Below, one piece after another: positions 10,574 to 22,817 of a stretch of DNA of 47,108 bases. Location: positions 108,127,782 to 108,174,889 of the forward strand of contig NC_068987.1 of assembly GCF_001194135.2 (NCBI RefSeq), written 5' to 3'. The stretch comes from Octopus bimaculoides (Eukaryota). Position 1 is the first letter of the stretch, and every line of letters begins with the position of its first letter. The notes below the pieces were generated by a model. The model saw only the letters and a program-made list of their open reading frames with translations. It did not search any database and was not told where the DNA came from. The position numbers and the translations under genes were made by a program.

Positions 10574-10944
10574 GCTGCAGCCATCAACAACATCAGCATG
10601 ATTACGTGGGCGTTTTTCGATCATTCTTTTGCGCTTGTAGTAGTTTGCTGTAACTTGTAGCGTTCTTCGGTCAAAAGGTAATCTACATTACGTCAACGGC
10701 TTGCACAAACGGTAAATTGCTGGACTAAATCCGTTGCCATATCTAATTAAACCTGAGTTGAAATTCCATCCCATCCATTTTCACCTTACTATGCTTTTCG
10801 TCAATGGCATGTTCTACCTTCATATCAGCTCTGATGGAACAGACTAATATGTTTAAAGATGTTCTAGCCATAAATAAGTATGTCATTTATTTAGACATCA
10901 TCCATTTGATACATTGTCGAAAGCAGTTCTCCTTTTTAAGACAG

Positions 10945-11228
10945 TGATGGATTCCCCCTTCGAAGTCGACGTATGCGTGTTCAGATTTTGCTGAACGAGC
11001 TGCACAAATGATCTGCTTATAATAATCAAATGTTCGTACCGTACATTGGCTCACTCCTTCCATCAAATCGACGTTGTCTGAACGGGTGCACAAGTGTAGC
11101 ACGTGTCAGGTGTCGATTTGACCGCATACCAACGTGAGATGAAATGTTTTGCTCAAGAACACAACGCACTATCAGGTCGAAACCACGTTCGCAATATCGC
11201 GAGTGCAACAACACTAAGCCACGTGCAC
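10945..11228 (-). mobile_element. tRNA-derived SINE, family C
   Basis: Minus-strand head GTGCACGTGGCTTAGTG...GGTTTCGACC...TGCGTTGTGTTCTTGAGCAAAACATTTCATCTCACGTT matches the head at 11520-11640. Confidence 0.75.
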
Positions 11229-11519
11229 TCAGTACATTTTTGAGCAAATTTAGCTGTTATTTTCCGGACGGTTCAACGAATTATTTGTTTGATTTCTATT
11301 CTCTGCGTTTGTAAGATTTTTTAACATGATAGCCAGGATAAAGAAAGGCAACATTTGAGATCCTTTTCAAAATGTCTTCAGAATCGAAACAGATAGAGGA
11401 AAGAATTTATGTGTAGGTCAGTGACGTGGCAAAAGAACGGGCAGTAACAAAGGTACCCACGAACCAGGTGGTTGGGTAACACCAGACAATGGTAGAAATA
11501 TACCATCTCTAAAAATTAA

Positions 11520-11755
11520 GGCGCTTGTCTTAGTTGTTAGATTGCCTGACTCGTGATAGTTAGATTGCGGTTTCGATTCCTGGACCGGGCTATGCGTTGT
11601 GTTCTTCAGCAAAGCACTTCATTTCACGTTGCTCCAGTCCACTCAGCTAGCGAAAATGATTAAACCAGCGCCGTCCACATGTGGGGTATGTATGCGGCAT
11701 GGAAACTGGGCAACCGTGCTTGTGAAACTACATGACTCGGAAAGGATCCTTATCA
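11520..11755 (+). mobile_element. tRNA-derived SINE, family C (different tail)
   Basis: GCGCTTGTCTTAGTTGTTAG...GGTTTCGATTCC...GCGTTGTGTTCTTCAGCAAAGCACTTCATTTCACGTTGCTCCAGTCCACTCAGC. Confidence 0.75.
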
Positions 11756-12134
11756 TTTTCTGAAAACGATGGATTAGTCCATTGGATTTCTGCACACCAA
11801 TTTCACTAAACCTGTTTATGTTGAGCAGAGTTAGCAATGAGCTTCACTGTAGTGAATTTGGAATCATCTACGCAGTCGTTCCGTGAAGTGTGGAAGTATT
11901 GTAGTGATGTGAAATATTTTAGTGATGTGACAGGGAATAATAAAGTTACTGCAAAATAAATTTACTCTATTCATTAAAGGACATATCTTTTTGTTTATTT
12001 TTGAAACTCGAAGTGGGACATAGGACGAAAAGAGTAGAAAGTAATAAGCTAGATGCTGTAGTGAATTCTCACGGATGGCAGCTAAGTACATAGGTAAAAT
12101 AGGAACTAACTGGGTATATATAAATTTAGCTATA

Positions 12135-12720
12135 GCCACCAAAAGACGGTTTTAGTATTTTCGAAACGGTATCGAGCATAGAGATGCACTGTTCGGTGTG
12201 CTTGAAGGCTAACCAAGAATAACATATTCTTTCGTTACAAACTATTTTTCCTAATGAAAATTGAAAAAAATTACCCCAAATTAAAATAAATAAACGCTGT
12301 CAGCTGCCGTGACCAGGATTTGAACCTTACCACTAGACGATCACGGCTAACAGCTAACACATATGTAAACGTATACAAAATACTCATGAAATATTTACGC
12401 TGTTGGTTATACCGATTCTTACCGCTGTAATTCAACGTGAATATTGCGTAACTACTCTGCAACCGTTTTTGTGCGTTTGTGGTGGTATGCACTAACTTCT
12501 AACAGTCTTCGGTCTCGTTCAAAAAAATAAAATATCTATATTACATTAAAGGGTTGCAGAAACGGTAACGTACCAGTCTACATACATTACCATTTTTAAA
12601 TAATCCTCGGTTTAAATGCCTTTCTGTCCAGTTTTCCCCTTTCATTTCTCTTCATTGCTGTTACGTTCGAACAGCATATCAGCTCTGATGGAACAGACGA
12701 GGTAATATTAAGATATTTTC
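12135..12720. repeat. ~580-bp diverged local duplication of 10290-10870 containing the tRNA-His locus
   Basis: Collinear anchors GCCACCAAAAGA, GTTACA, the tRNA, CTAACAGCTAA, ATATTTACGCTG and the identical 24-mer CATATCAGCTCTGATGGAACAGAC (10821-10844 = 12675-12698). Confidence 0.85.
12305..12347 (-). pseudogene. tRNA-His pseudogene lacking the anticodon arm (29-nt deletion)
   Basis: GCCGTGATCGTCTAGTGGTAAGGTTCAAATCCTGGTCACGGCA (43 nt) equals the intact gene minus 29 nt, plus two substitutions. The acceptor stem is intact. Confidence 0.92.
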
Positions 12721-12837
12721 TACGCGTTCCTCGGTTACTCATTTATTTTATTGCTTTGGTACAGCTAAATATGTATTAGCTATTCATTAAGTTTATGTGT
12801 ATCCTATGCTTTGTTTTATTTTATCATCTGTTCTGAT

Positions 12838-13040
12838 TCAATGCTGGTTCCATTGATTCCTTATTTTATTTATTTCCGTAAACGTCAAATTCAGTACTGG
12901 ATCGATAAAATACAAATTCGGTTCTGGTCGGTAAAATACGAAGTCTGTTTCGGATCAATAAAGTACCAACACAGAGATTAACAATTCAATGCTGGTCGAT
13001 AAAATACCAATTTTGTTGTGGATTGATAAAATACAAATTA
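12838..13040 (+). repeat. Degenerate ~27-bp minisatellite (GATAAAATAC core)
   Basis: Cores at ~12904, 12931, 12957, 12998 and 13025. Confidence 0.65.
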
Positions 13041-14009
13041 TTCAGTGACCGCTTTCCTTTTTTAACACAGCAGGTTATGATATAAGAGATTTGGCTCTTA
13101 CTTTTAGGAAGTCGATCAGCCATGTACAATATATATCGCTGATGCGATGACCAGATGGTTGTTAGTTATAAATCCCTGTAATTGATTAATTAAAAGAATA
13201 ATTAACACAATAAAATTATGTTCTATTAACGTTCAAATTGATTTACAAAATGGTTTCTGTATGTGCATACTTTCGCTCTTGAATGTGTGTTCGTGTGAGC
13301 ATATGTTTGTGTGTGTGTGGAGGTGATCGTATGATTGTCTATCTGTAAACGTTTGGACATTTCTGCATTGTATACGTGTGAGTATGTGTTTAAAACACGT
13401 TTAAGCTATTTCTGGTCAATTAGTGAATGGTCAAAGGTCATATTCTTCGGCTAAAATTTGATGGCAGTGCTATATCACTTACTCACACAACCCACATCTA
13501 GCACTTATACATATTCAAAACTTTTAGATTCGTACATACAATCATATACACACATATCAACGTCTATACACACACATATCTACGTCTATACACACACGCG
13601 CGAACAAATGTACATATGTGTACATAACCACATTCACGTATACCTAGATACAATAACTAGTATATAGGAAATGGGTCCTCCGACAAATTTCGACGATGAT
13701 TCTATCAGTTTTCCTATCTGCCAAGCATCAAGTTGATATTAGCGTGAGAGTGAGTGAGTTAATATTCCTCAGAAACGTGTACACGTAAGAAAATCTTCGG
13801 CTGAAATCACGATGTGAAATAATTCTGGCTTTTGAATTACAAATACAATGCATCCGACGGGCTTCCTTAGAATTTCCCTATACGCAATTACAATTACAAT
13901 AAAGGAGTCTATGCTAGATAATGGACGAGAAACTTATCCAGTTACAACGGAGAATTGAATCGGGCACCTCACGATTATGAAGCAACCTTGTGAACCATAC
14001 TGGTTTAAG

Positions 14010-14011
<2 letters not shown>

Positions 14012-14093
<82 letters not shown>
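14012..14093. repeat. (AT)n microsatellite
   Basis: Direct reading. Confidence 0.95.
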
Positions 14094-14096
<3 letters not shown>

Positions 14097-14232
14097 CTGG
14101 AGTGCATTTTGCACCAAAAGCCAATATAAGAGTTTCTCTCATAGTAAGTACCTCAGTATAATTTGTTCTGATGGAATATTCACGTTTATGTGGAAATAAA
14201 TATTATCTCACCTTATTAATACTGCGTCTGTC

Positions 14233-14268
<36 letters not shown>

Positions 14269-14293
14269 GGGGGGGGTATGTGTGTGTGTGTGT

Positions 14294-14296
<3 letters not shown>

Positions 14297-14324
<28 letters not shown>

Positions 14325-14325
14325 T

Positions 14326-14364
<39 letters not shown>
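14297..14364. repeat. (GATA)n microsatellite
   Basis: Direct reading. Confidence 0.95.
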
Positions 14365-14685
14365 TGCACACTCACTCATTCTTACAAAGATACAGTCATA
14401 CACAAACGAAATTCTCATCCTTTCATTATGAAACATATATATGCATTTCACCATACATGTAATTCCACACATCCTCGTTAAATGCTTAGACTTTAATTAC
14501 ATTCAGTAACATTGATTATCGTATATAAAGTTTTCTGCCAGGTCGCAAGTCAATTCAGTTCGCCAGAGTTCATATCGAAAGACTCACATAACGGCACGTA
14601 GATATATCTGTGTCGTTATATTCACTAATATATAAATATCCATGTACCTTAGCACAGCCACGTGATTTTTCAGATATCGAGACGT

Positions 14686-15150
14686 CACGAAAGAGATTCT
14701 CCACTACACGTATACGAAACGTATTTCAGAACAAACCAGTGAAATAGCGACTACGTGGTTGTATGAATTGTCAGAAACAGTGCCAAATTTCTCTCAAATC
14801 CCGTCCTGCCATCTCGAGCCTAGAACACACTGAGTAATTTCCTTTCAAGATATTACGAAATAGATTCTCCACAATACACCCATACAGCATATACTTGTAT
14901 GAACGAGCAAGCAACAGTCCATATTGATAGACGATCTGCCAGAAATAGCAGCCAGATGTCTCTCAAATAACATCCTTCTATTCTGAGGTAATGTTCTTTC
15001 AAATTATCACGAAATAATTTCTCCATTATATATACATGCAGAATATCTTTATGAATAAACCAGTAGGAGTCTACCTGATCACATGGTCTACCAGAAATAG
15101 TAGCCAAATGTCTCTTAAATTGCATCCTAAACTTTGGATAATGTCCTATG
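14686..15150. repeat. Three diverged tandem units of ~154-168 bp
   Basis: Units start at 14686, 14854 and 15008, sharing ACGAAA.A..TTCTCCA, CAGAAA.AG..GCCA.AT.TCTCT.AAAT and TAAT.T.CT. Confidence 0.8.
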
Positions 15151-15540
15151 TCTGCTAAGACAGGGATGTTGGCCAGAGGTAGCATTATTGTTCTAAGGTA
15201 GTGCTTGTGATTGTTTCTGGGGCTTTCATCACTGGTTGGAGGGAGATGAGAGGAGATAGGAAGGAAGGAAGGTATTCTAAAATTTCTGACCTGACCCTCA
15301 TGCCTGCAACAAGGTTGAGACCCTCGAAAGGCTCAAAGAGTGTCACGTGTGGGTGAAATTAGTAGGGGGAGACGGATCCAAGCTGGTCGTGATTAGTTTT
15401 GAAGTTAGAAGGCAAAGAAATGGAAGGCACACGACTCAAGTTTCCTATTATTTTTTTGTTGTTGTTTAATAGGCCCAGAAGGATGAAATGCAAAACTGAG
15501 TATAGGACGGCTCTATTAAGACTAACCTGCAGGTATAAAC

Positions 15541-15842
15541 TCATCATTATGATTATCATCATTATGATGATCATCATCATCATCGTAATCATCATCATCA
15601 TCATCATCATCGTAATTATTACCTTCATTGTCGTAATCCTCAAAATCATCACCACCGTAGTCATCATCGTCATCATCATTATCTTCTTCGTTCTGTCGTC
15701 GTCCTAGTCGCCGTTATCATCAGCATCATCGTTATCATCATCATCACTGTCGTCATCATGATTATTATCAACATCGCCTTCGTCATCGTTATTAATATCA
15801 CCTTCTTCAACTACAACAACAACAACAACAACAACAACAACA
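15541..15842. repeat. Degenerate (CAT)n plus (CAA)n trinucleotide repeat
   Basis: Direct reading; source of the poly-I/M/D/V ORFs. Confidence 0.9.
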
Positions 15843-16882
15843 CCAGCACAGAAACAAAAGCTGCAGCAACAATTATACATGTTCGAATACACCGACAGAC
15901 ATTCATAAATATTCACGATATTTAAATTCGGTTCCTGGCTGCCTGAATCAACTGGAGTGAAATCTATATACAATGTTAACAATGTAATTTCCACCGACTA
16001 TGCGCACGTCAAAACAGTCATACGAAGATGAAGGTAACACATGTATATAAATACAAGAGTATGTATTTACATGATAGTAATGCTGTGTAAGCACATTCTG
16101 TATAGAAATACTCATGCACACATACACATATCACGGTGAAACCCACACTCATATACGCATACACATAGATATTAAAGCTGTAACGAATTCAAACATTTAT
16201 CATCCTCGCCTACATATTGCTGGCAGGTATAAATCTCTCGAGTACCAAGATGTGAAATGGAATGAGTTGATATGCACAGCAAATCTACTTCAACTAACGT
16301 TGTGAGTTTGTCGCAGAACCGTGTGCGCTTAATATATCAATTGCAAGGAATCAACATGGTCGAATGTTAAAGAAGTCTGGCGCTTTGAGCTGCGGCTCCA
16401 GTTTATCCGATGTGAGTGTGTATGTATGTGTGGGTGGGTGGGTGTTTGCCTGTGTGTGTGTGTGTGTGAGGGTAAGATTAAAGACCATCGATGCCCTAAG
16501 CACTTAAAAGGTTTCGGTAACTTCATAAAAGGTAATGTAATTCAAAATATAAACTATAACAAACCATGAAATAAATTGTTATTTTTCAAAACGAAACAAA
16601 ACAGTAAGAGGGAAAAATGATGTTTATTTTTGTTTACTTCCTCTTTACTTATATTTTAAAAATTTCCTCGCACATTTTTGAATTGCAAAGTCATGATGAG
16701 TTCCTCAAAAATTAATGTTAGGTAACACATCTGCATTTATACTTAGTAGAGATAAAGGCATCTCAAATATTATTTTCACATGTTTCACAAGTAATATCTT
16801 TTGTGCCGTAAACCATTTACCATTTCCCTGATGCCCGCTGCTTCCCTTGATGGCCTAAGTAGTGCTTATATTGTTTAATGCT

Positions 16883-16913
<31 letters not shown>

Positions 16914-17634
16914 TCTATCTAGATATAGTAGTTGTTTCGATTTTGAGCTGGCGACGGATCTTTTTCAACCCCATTTTTATTTTGGCAGAGTCAGTCTCTT
17001 GCTACTCTGGTGATTCGCGTCTGTTATTCATCAGGTAAATTATGCTATTCGTACATTTTATTCCGACAGACGATGCTAACAATACAAATACGCACACGTA
17101 AACACACACATACTAAGCATAAGAATTCGTACACTGTCACTAGCGGGGTGCAGTCAGTATCATTATAGTTTAATATCGATTCATTTATTAGTCGTTTGAC
17201 CAGCCAGATCATTGTTTTACCAAAGCGGGTCTTGAAATATTTTGCTGGAGTGTGAGATACAAAAGAATGGCAGTAATTAAGAAATTACAAATTCAATATA
17301 GCTTCGCCCCATAATGGGGGTGCGTTTTAGTTCTATATTGCAGGATCGATGTGGGACTCGGAACAAAACGGTTGAGAAAATCTAAGCTAGATATAACAGC
17401 GAGATTCTTACGAACGACACGAGATTGACTTAAGCAACGCAAGGACTCGTTAGATTATGCAATTTTAAATAATGCTTTAAAGTGGTGCGAATATTACTGA
17501 ATAGGATAATGAATCACAGAGTCGCACAATCAAGAACCCCTACTAGTAAACATGAATAACACAGTGTTTGATACAGAAAATTTCTGCAATGTAATATATT
17601 AAATTTAACAAAAAAAAAAAAAATATTGAGCACT

Positions 17635-17706
17635 TGCCGTGACCAGGATTCGAACCTGGGTTACCACGGCCACAACGTGGGGTCCTAACCACTAGACGAT
17701 CACGGC
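17635..17706 (-). tRNA. tRNA-His-GTG: tRNA-His (anticodon GUG), intact, identical to 10430-10501
   Basis: Same 72-nt sequence; a long oligo-T terminator follows on the minus strand (A-run ~17610-17623). Confidence 0.98.
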
Positions 17707-17741
17707 TACCAACTACCACGCCGAATGCATTGCAATACATC

Positions 17742-17777
17742 AATGATATAGTTACGCTTCTAGCTATCGAATTTCTT
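17742..17777 (-). promoter_or_regulatory. Conserved upstream block of tRNA-His copy 3
   Basis: AATGATATAGTTACGCTTCTAGCTATCGAATTTCTT vs AATGATATATTTACGCTGCTGGCTATCGTATTTCTT at 10538. Confidence 0.5.
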
Positions 17778-18051
17778 ATGACGTGTATTGTGAGATTGTA
17801 CAGAAGTATGCGCGTTGTTTTATGAAACTACTCAGCTGGCTTTTGGAAGATTATCTCGATTAGACGAATCTGCAAGTGATGGAAGTCTTTAAATCATTGC
17901 ACAAAACTATTTAGAATGAAGTTTATAAACTATGAGCTCGCCGACGGCATTCTTTAATTATTCTCGAAAATTTTGATGTTTTCTAATTAATATTTCTACT
18001 CAAGAAGTGTTCAATTCTCTTGATGTAGTTATTCAAACTTAATATATTTAA

Positions 18052-18064
18052 ATAATAATAATAA

Positions 18065-18140
<76 letters not shown>
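18052..18140. repeat. (TAA/TTA)n microsatellite
   Basis: Direct reading. Confidence 0.95.
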
Positions 18141-18355
18141 GTTTTGGTAATTTCATGACAGCAATCAAAGTCGCTTGCAAGCTTTGGTAGCTTTAAATGT
18201 GTTTTAAAAGGAATATGTTGAGGAATATTTGCTATCTGTTGTTGATAAACTAAACTCTCACTAACTGAAGTAGTGAGAGTTTACTCGTGTTTTCGAACTT
18301 GGGCATGGAATGTATTTTATTTCCTGGCCTCCCAATTATACGTACATATTATACA

Positions 18356-18357
<2 letters not shown>

Positions 18358-18404
<47 letters not shown>

Positions 18405-18414
18405 NNNNNNNNNN

Positions 18415-18460
<46 letters not shown>
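18358..18460. repeat. (GT)n microsatellite with a 10-N gap
   Basis: Direct reading. Confidence 0.95.
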
Positions 18461-18464
<4 letters not shown>

Positions 18465-19376
18465 TCGTGCGTGTATAGGTGTAGGACCGAATATTTAGAA
18501 AGAACATCAGACGAGACAAACGGGAATTTGAACAGCAGTTTTGAGGCTACCTTCTTTGTATTCAGCCAAAGCACCGCCATCCTGAAGAGTGCCGACAGAA
18601 GCAACACCAAACAATGCCAAGCAAAGAGATCAGCAGCCTTTAAAACATTGACATCACCCACCACCACCACCACCAACAACGAAGTATTGTGACAATGAAA
18701 ACATTATCATCGTCATTATCTTTGTCACATACAAAAATACAAGTAGTTAAAATAAGATTGGTAGACGGCCAACCAGAAATCAACTGTCTGCTGGCTGATC
18801 GAGTTTGCCCAGACAGATATCGAAACTAAAACAAATATTCGTGAAGTATATAAGCTACAGAAAGAGAACTGGTTGGGGATATGAATGGAACTCTTTGTCG
18901 AAACGGATCAGAGGTATCTAGAAGCCGCCATCGACACAATCAACTTGTTACATAGTATACAGCCGTTCATAGTAAGGGGCTGAAAGCTAACATGCTACCC
19001 ATGTGACGGGAAAATCATCTAAAGGCCTTCTACTTAAAGCAGCCGGAAATAAATTCATTACTGTGTACCCCCATTACACAAAAACTACATTACAAACAAG
19101 AAGAACAGCAGCAATAGAGGATATCGCGAGAGTAACGATATTACAGGTGGCAGCAGCAGCAGAAACAACAACATGAAGAAGAGCAACTTCAACAACTAGA
19201 TTAGAGAAACAGTACCTACCACACAGCAGCAGCAACGGAAACCAACAACATCACAAAGACCAGTAAATACCACAAAAGAATATCAAAAACACCATCATCC
19301 GCACCACTACCACAAAACAGACACCACTAACATTACAAAGACAAGCACAATTCACACCCACACGAACATCAGAACA

Positions 19377-19710
19377 ACTTGTTAAGATTATCTCTACAGA
19401 TTTCCAATAGAAATCATAACCAGCGCTGATTCTGTTACTATGCTGTAAACAAGCAATGAGATCGAAGATGTAAAACGGGCAATGCGTGTCTATGCCATAT
19501 TTCAGGAGTTTTTACTCCTTCATCACAACTTATCCAACACATTAAACATCCACGAACTCATTGCTTAAACAACCACTAAATATAGAGGTGTGACATTATT
19601 GAACATACCAATATACTTTGTTTATATACTCTGCTTGTGTATGATGGCTGCATAACGAAATATGGTATCCCTACAAGTCATTATCTTTCAGAGCAAATTC
19701 CATTGATACG
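19377..19710. mobile_element. Second, rearranged copy of the 8130-8600 repeat
   Basis: Shared ATCGAAGATG, AACCACTAAATATAG and TCCCTACAAGTCATTA (inverted), plus CTTGTTAAG.TTATCTCTACAGATT (direct). Confidence 0.65.
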
Positions 19711-21039
19711 GATAAGAAAAATTTATTTAACTGTACTCTAATAAACACAAAAACAAAATCATAAACACATTACACAAATTAACGTACAGACGTCACTCAT
19801 CGGAACTACATCACTTTAATAAGCACGATACCAATAAACATAGAAATCAAAAAAATTATCACAAAATACATTCGACAGTTTAATAAAGAAATATATCGAA
19901 GGAGGACACTTTCGAGGGAATATGATCAAACGATTATAAAAATAATTACTAGTAGAAACACCAAACTAAGACGGAGGGAGCGAACATTTGTCACTTCATA
20001 AAAATGAGTTAAGTGAACCTCTCTTCCTTTCCTCCATTTTTCTTGCATGACCTTACATAGTATAGGCAGAATAAGTATGGGTTACCTGCTCTAGCTTTGT
20101 AATAAAGTCCAGCTGCTTAACAACATCAAGTCACCACAGATAAATATGGAGGTCCTCAGCATGACCAGAATTTTCAAGCTACAAATTTTATCGCCCATTT
20201 TCGATGGATATGTGGTTTAACTGCTTCGTAGGGGATGGCCACTGGAAGTTCGAGTAGCTGTATTTCTGTTTCGCAATGGTCTGCGTCTCACGTTATAGAC
20301 CAGCATCTGTAGTGTATTAGAAAGGAAAGAAAAAAAAAGAGAAAAAGGAGGAAATTCCAGCAAACTAATTCCTCATATAAACGTTAAAAAACATTTGTAG
20401 TGAAAACATGAAAATTAACAATTAAAGCAAAAGATAGATTCCAGGACGCGGTCATAAGAGACATGACATGGAGAATTAAGGTCAACACCGAACACATATG
20501 GCAATAGAGACATATATCATTGATAAAAATCGCTGTTACTTTCTCTTGATGCTAATCTGTTTGCTGTGACAGATCAGGTTCTTTAGGCATCACAGATGAA
20601 ACTATAGTGTTACACACGCCATCGCTAAAGAGCATGTGCAAGGCATAATAAACGTCAAAAATCTCATTTACAAATTACAGCAGAACCTACTTTATCACAA
20701 TAATGGGCGCGTACTGCAATATATACTCAGCCTTTTCTAAAATAAGTTCATAAAAAATATTACAAATTATATTTTACACCATAGCAATTACAGGAACATC
20801 TGTAGCGGCATTCATAATATCGGATTCTAAAATTTAGGAGATCTCATTTCTAACAAATAAGAAATTGTAATATGAGACCAGATCCACTCCAACCAACTTT
20901 GTATTGTCCCAAAATTTCGATCAACTAATCCTGCGGTTATAACTCGATTCTTAAAATTTTAAACACTTTCAAGAGCGAGTTCTTGTTTACTAATAGTTTG
21001 AATGATCTCAGCTAATCGAACAGTTTATTCAAATGACCA

Positions 21040-21420
21040 TATTGTGTGGTTAAGCGGTTCAATTTGCAACCACTCCGTTTCGGGTTCGATTCACACTGAT
21101 CAGCAATTTGGGTCACTCAACTTAACACTCGGCCCGATCGATAGTTTTCAAAGAAATTTCGGGGACAGAAACTGTGCGGAAACCCGTCGAATATGAATGT
21201 ATGTATGTGTGCGTTTGTGTGTGTGCACGTGTGTGTGTTTGAGTGTGTGTGTTTGTACCCCACATTGCACACCACTTGACAATCGTTGTTGGCCTGATTT
21301 TGTTCTCGTAATCAAGTGGTTCGGCACAAGCACCTTTTAGAATAAGTACCAGACTAAACCGTTCAAGGTTCTGCCCCAGCATGACCACAACCTAAAGTCT
21401 GAAACAAAAGATAAAAGAAA
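21040..21420 (+). mobile_element. Old family A-related SINE
   Basis: GGGTTCGATTC B-box, GAAACTGTGCGGAAACCCGTC, central (GT)n, TAGAATAAGTACCAG, tail CTGAAACAAAAGATAAAAGA. Confidence 0.75.
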
Positions 21421-21632
21421 GGGTTACGTAAGTTAGATCCTTTCCTAACAAGCAATTATTTTTGATTACATGGGTAACGGAACATAAAAATAATTGCAGC
21501 AGTTCAAGCTGTTGTCAGGAACAGAAATTATTACGATGCTTCTTCACCACGAGAACATGACGACAAGTAGAAAACCTTAAACATTCAACTTATTCTGAGA
21601 TAAAATACTGCAATTTACTATTTAATGGATAC

Positions 21633-21858
21633 TAATTATTTCTAAATTTGGAACAATATCTGGGATTTTGAGGCGAGATGTTGGTCAGGAATAGGTCGAA
21701 TACATCGACACCAGCACATGGCTCATACATAATTTTATCGACCCTGGTGGCATGAAAGCCAAAGTTAATGTCGGTAAGATTTGAACTCCGGACATAAACA
21801 GTCGGCAAAAATGCTGCTAAGCATTTTTGTTCGGAAACTAACGTTTCTGCTAGCTTCC
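21633..21858 (-). mobile_element. Family B SINE, diverged
   Basis: TTTTATCGACCC...ATGAAAGCCAAAG...ATTTGAACTC...GCTAAGCATTT...CTAACGTTTCTGCTAGCT. Confidence 0.8.
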
Positions 21859-22184
21859 CTCTTTATAATGGTTGATAGTGATAAGAACGATTGCTTTAGG
21901 CCAAAATCTGTATTTGAATGAAGTTTGCGTTGAGTACAAGATTGTTTCTAACTAATAGTAGACGCAGATATATTGTAATGAAATGAATGGTTTCAAATTA
22001 CCTGAAGTGTTCTCAAACTGCTGGCGTCGAGAGACTGTTTGGGAAAAGAATGAAATTCTGATCATTTCAAGGTCTTGATGCGCTCTTATTTATAAGATTT
22101 CAGATATAAAGTATATCCTTGTCAGATTTTAATTTGAAAAAATAATTGAAGAGTAGAAAACATTATGTGTGAAAGCAATACTTG

Positions 22185-22615
22185 GTGAGACTGAGCGGTA
22201 AAAAACTTGCTCCCAATCACAGGCTTCCGGCGTTCCGTTCAATCCAACTGTGTGGCACGTTGGGCAAGAGACTTCTGTTATATCCTGGCGTCAATCAAAG
22301 CCTTGTGATTTCGTTGAGCGGAAACTGGAAGAACGATGTTGTGTGCGTGTATGCATGTGTGCATGTGTGTGTATGTGTGTGAATTTGTGTTCAGTTTTGT
22401 TCATCGCTATCGTTTGATAACTTGTGCTGGATTGTCTATATTCTCGTAAATTAGCAGTTCGGCAAAAGTGCCGATAGAATAAGTGCTAGACTATCACATA
22501 AAATAAGCCTTGGGGGTAGGTAAGGTGGGGTCAATTTATTCGGCTAAGCCCAACCAAAGCGGCTCCCTATTCACTGGCCGCAGTCTAGTCACTGAAACAA
22601 GTCGAAAATAAAAGA
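22185..22615 (+). mobile_element. Old family A SINE
   Basis: TGTGGCACGTTGGGCAAG, GCCTTGTGA, GCAGTTCGGCAAAAGTGCCGATAGAATAAGTGCTAG, TGGCCGCAGTCTAGTCACTGAAACAAG. Confidence 0.8.
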
Positions 22616-22817
22616 AATCATTCTAAATACAGAGTTTATACACAGTGTTATTGAATCAAGAGTTCTGTTTAAAGTGAACTAAGTGTATGGGAATATATTA
22701 GTAAGGTCAAATTGAAAACAGGAAGAGAGGTATAAAGGAAGAGGAAAAAAAGGGGTCTAATTGAACCCACTACCACTCATAACCTCCTGTATATATATAT
22801 ATTTATATATATATATA

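Noticed and set aside
12838-13040. Repeat-spacer pattern resembling a CRISPR array
   Set aside because: Eukaryotic context, degenerate short repeats, no unique 30-40-bp spacers and no cas genes.
15359-15994. Poly-I/M/D/V ORFs
   Set aside because: Trinucleotide repeats open in several frames.
16915-17100. Possible Penelope-type terminal repeat with CTGATGA on minus
   Set aside because: Followed by GAAT, not GAAA, and no stem II; cannot support a ribozyme call.
18480-19370. A/C-skewed region with short ORFs
   Set aside because: Multiple stops in the frames checked and no recognisable motif; likely decayed repeat.
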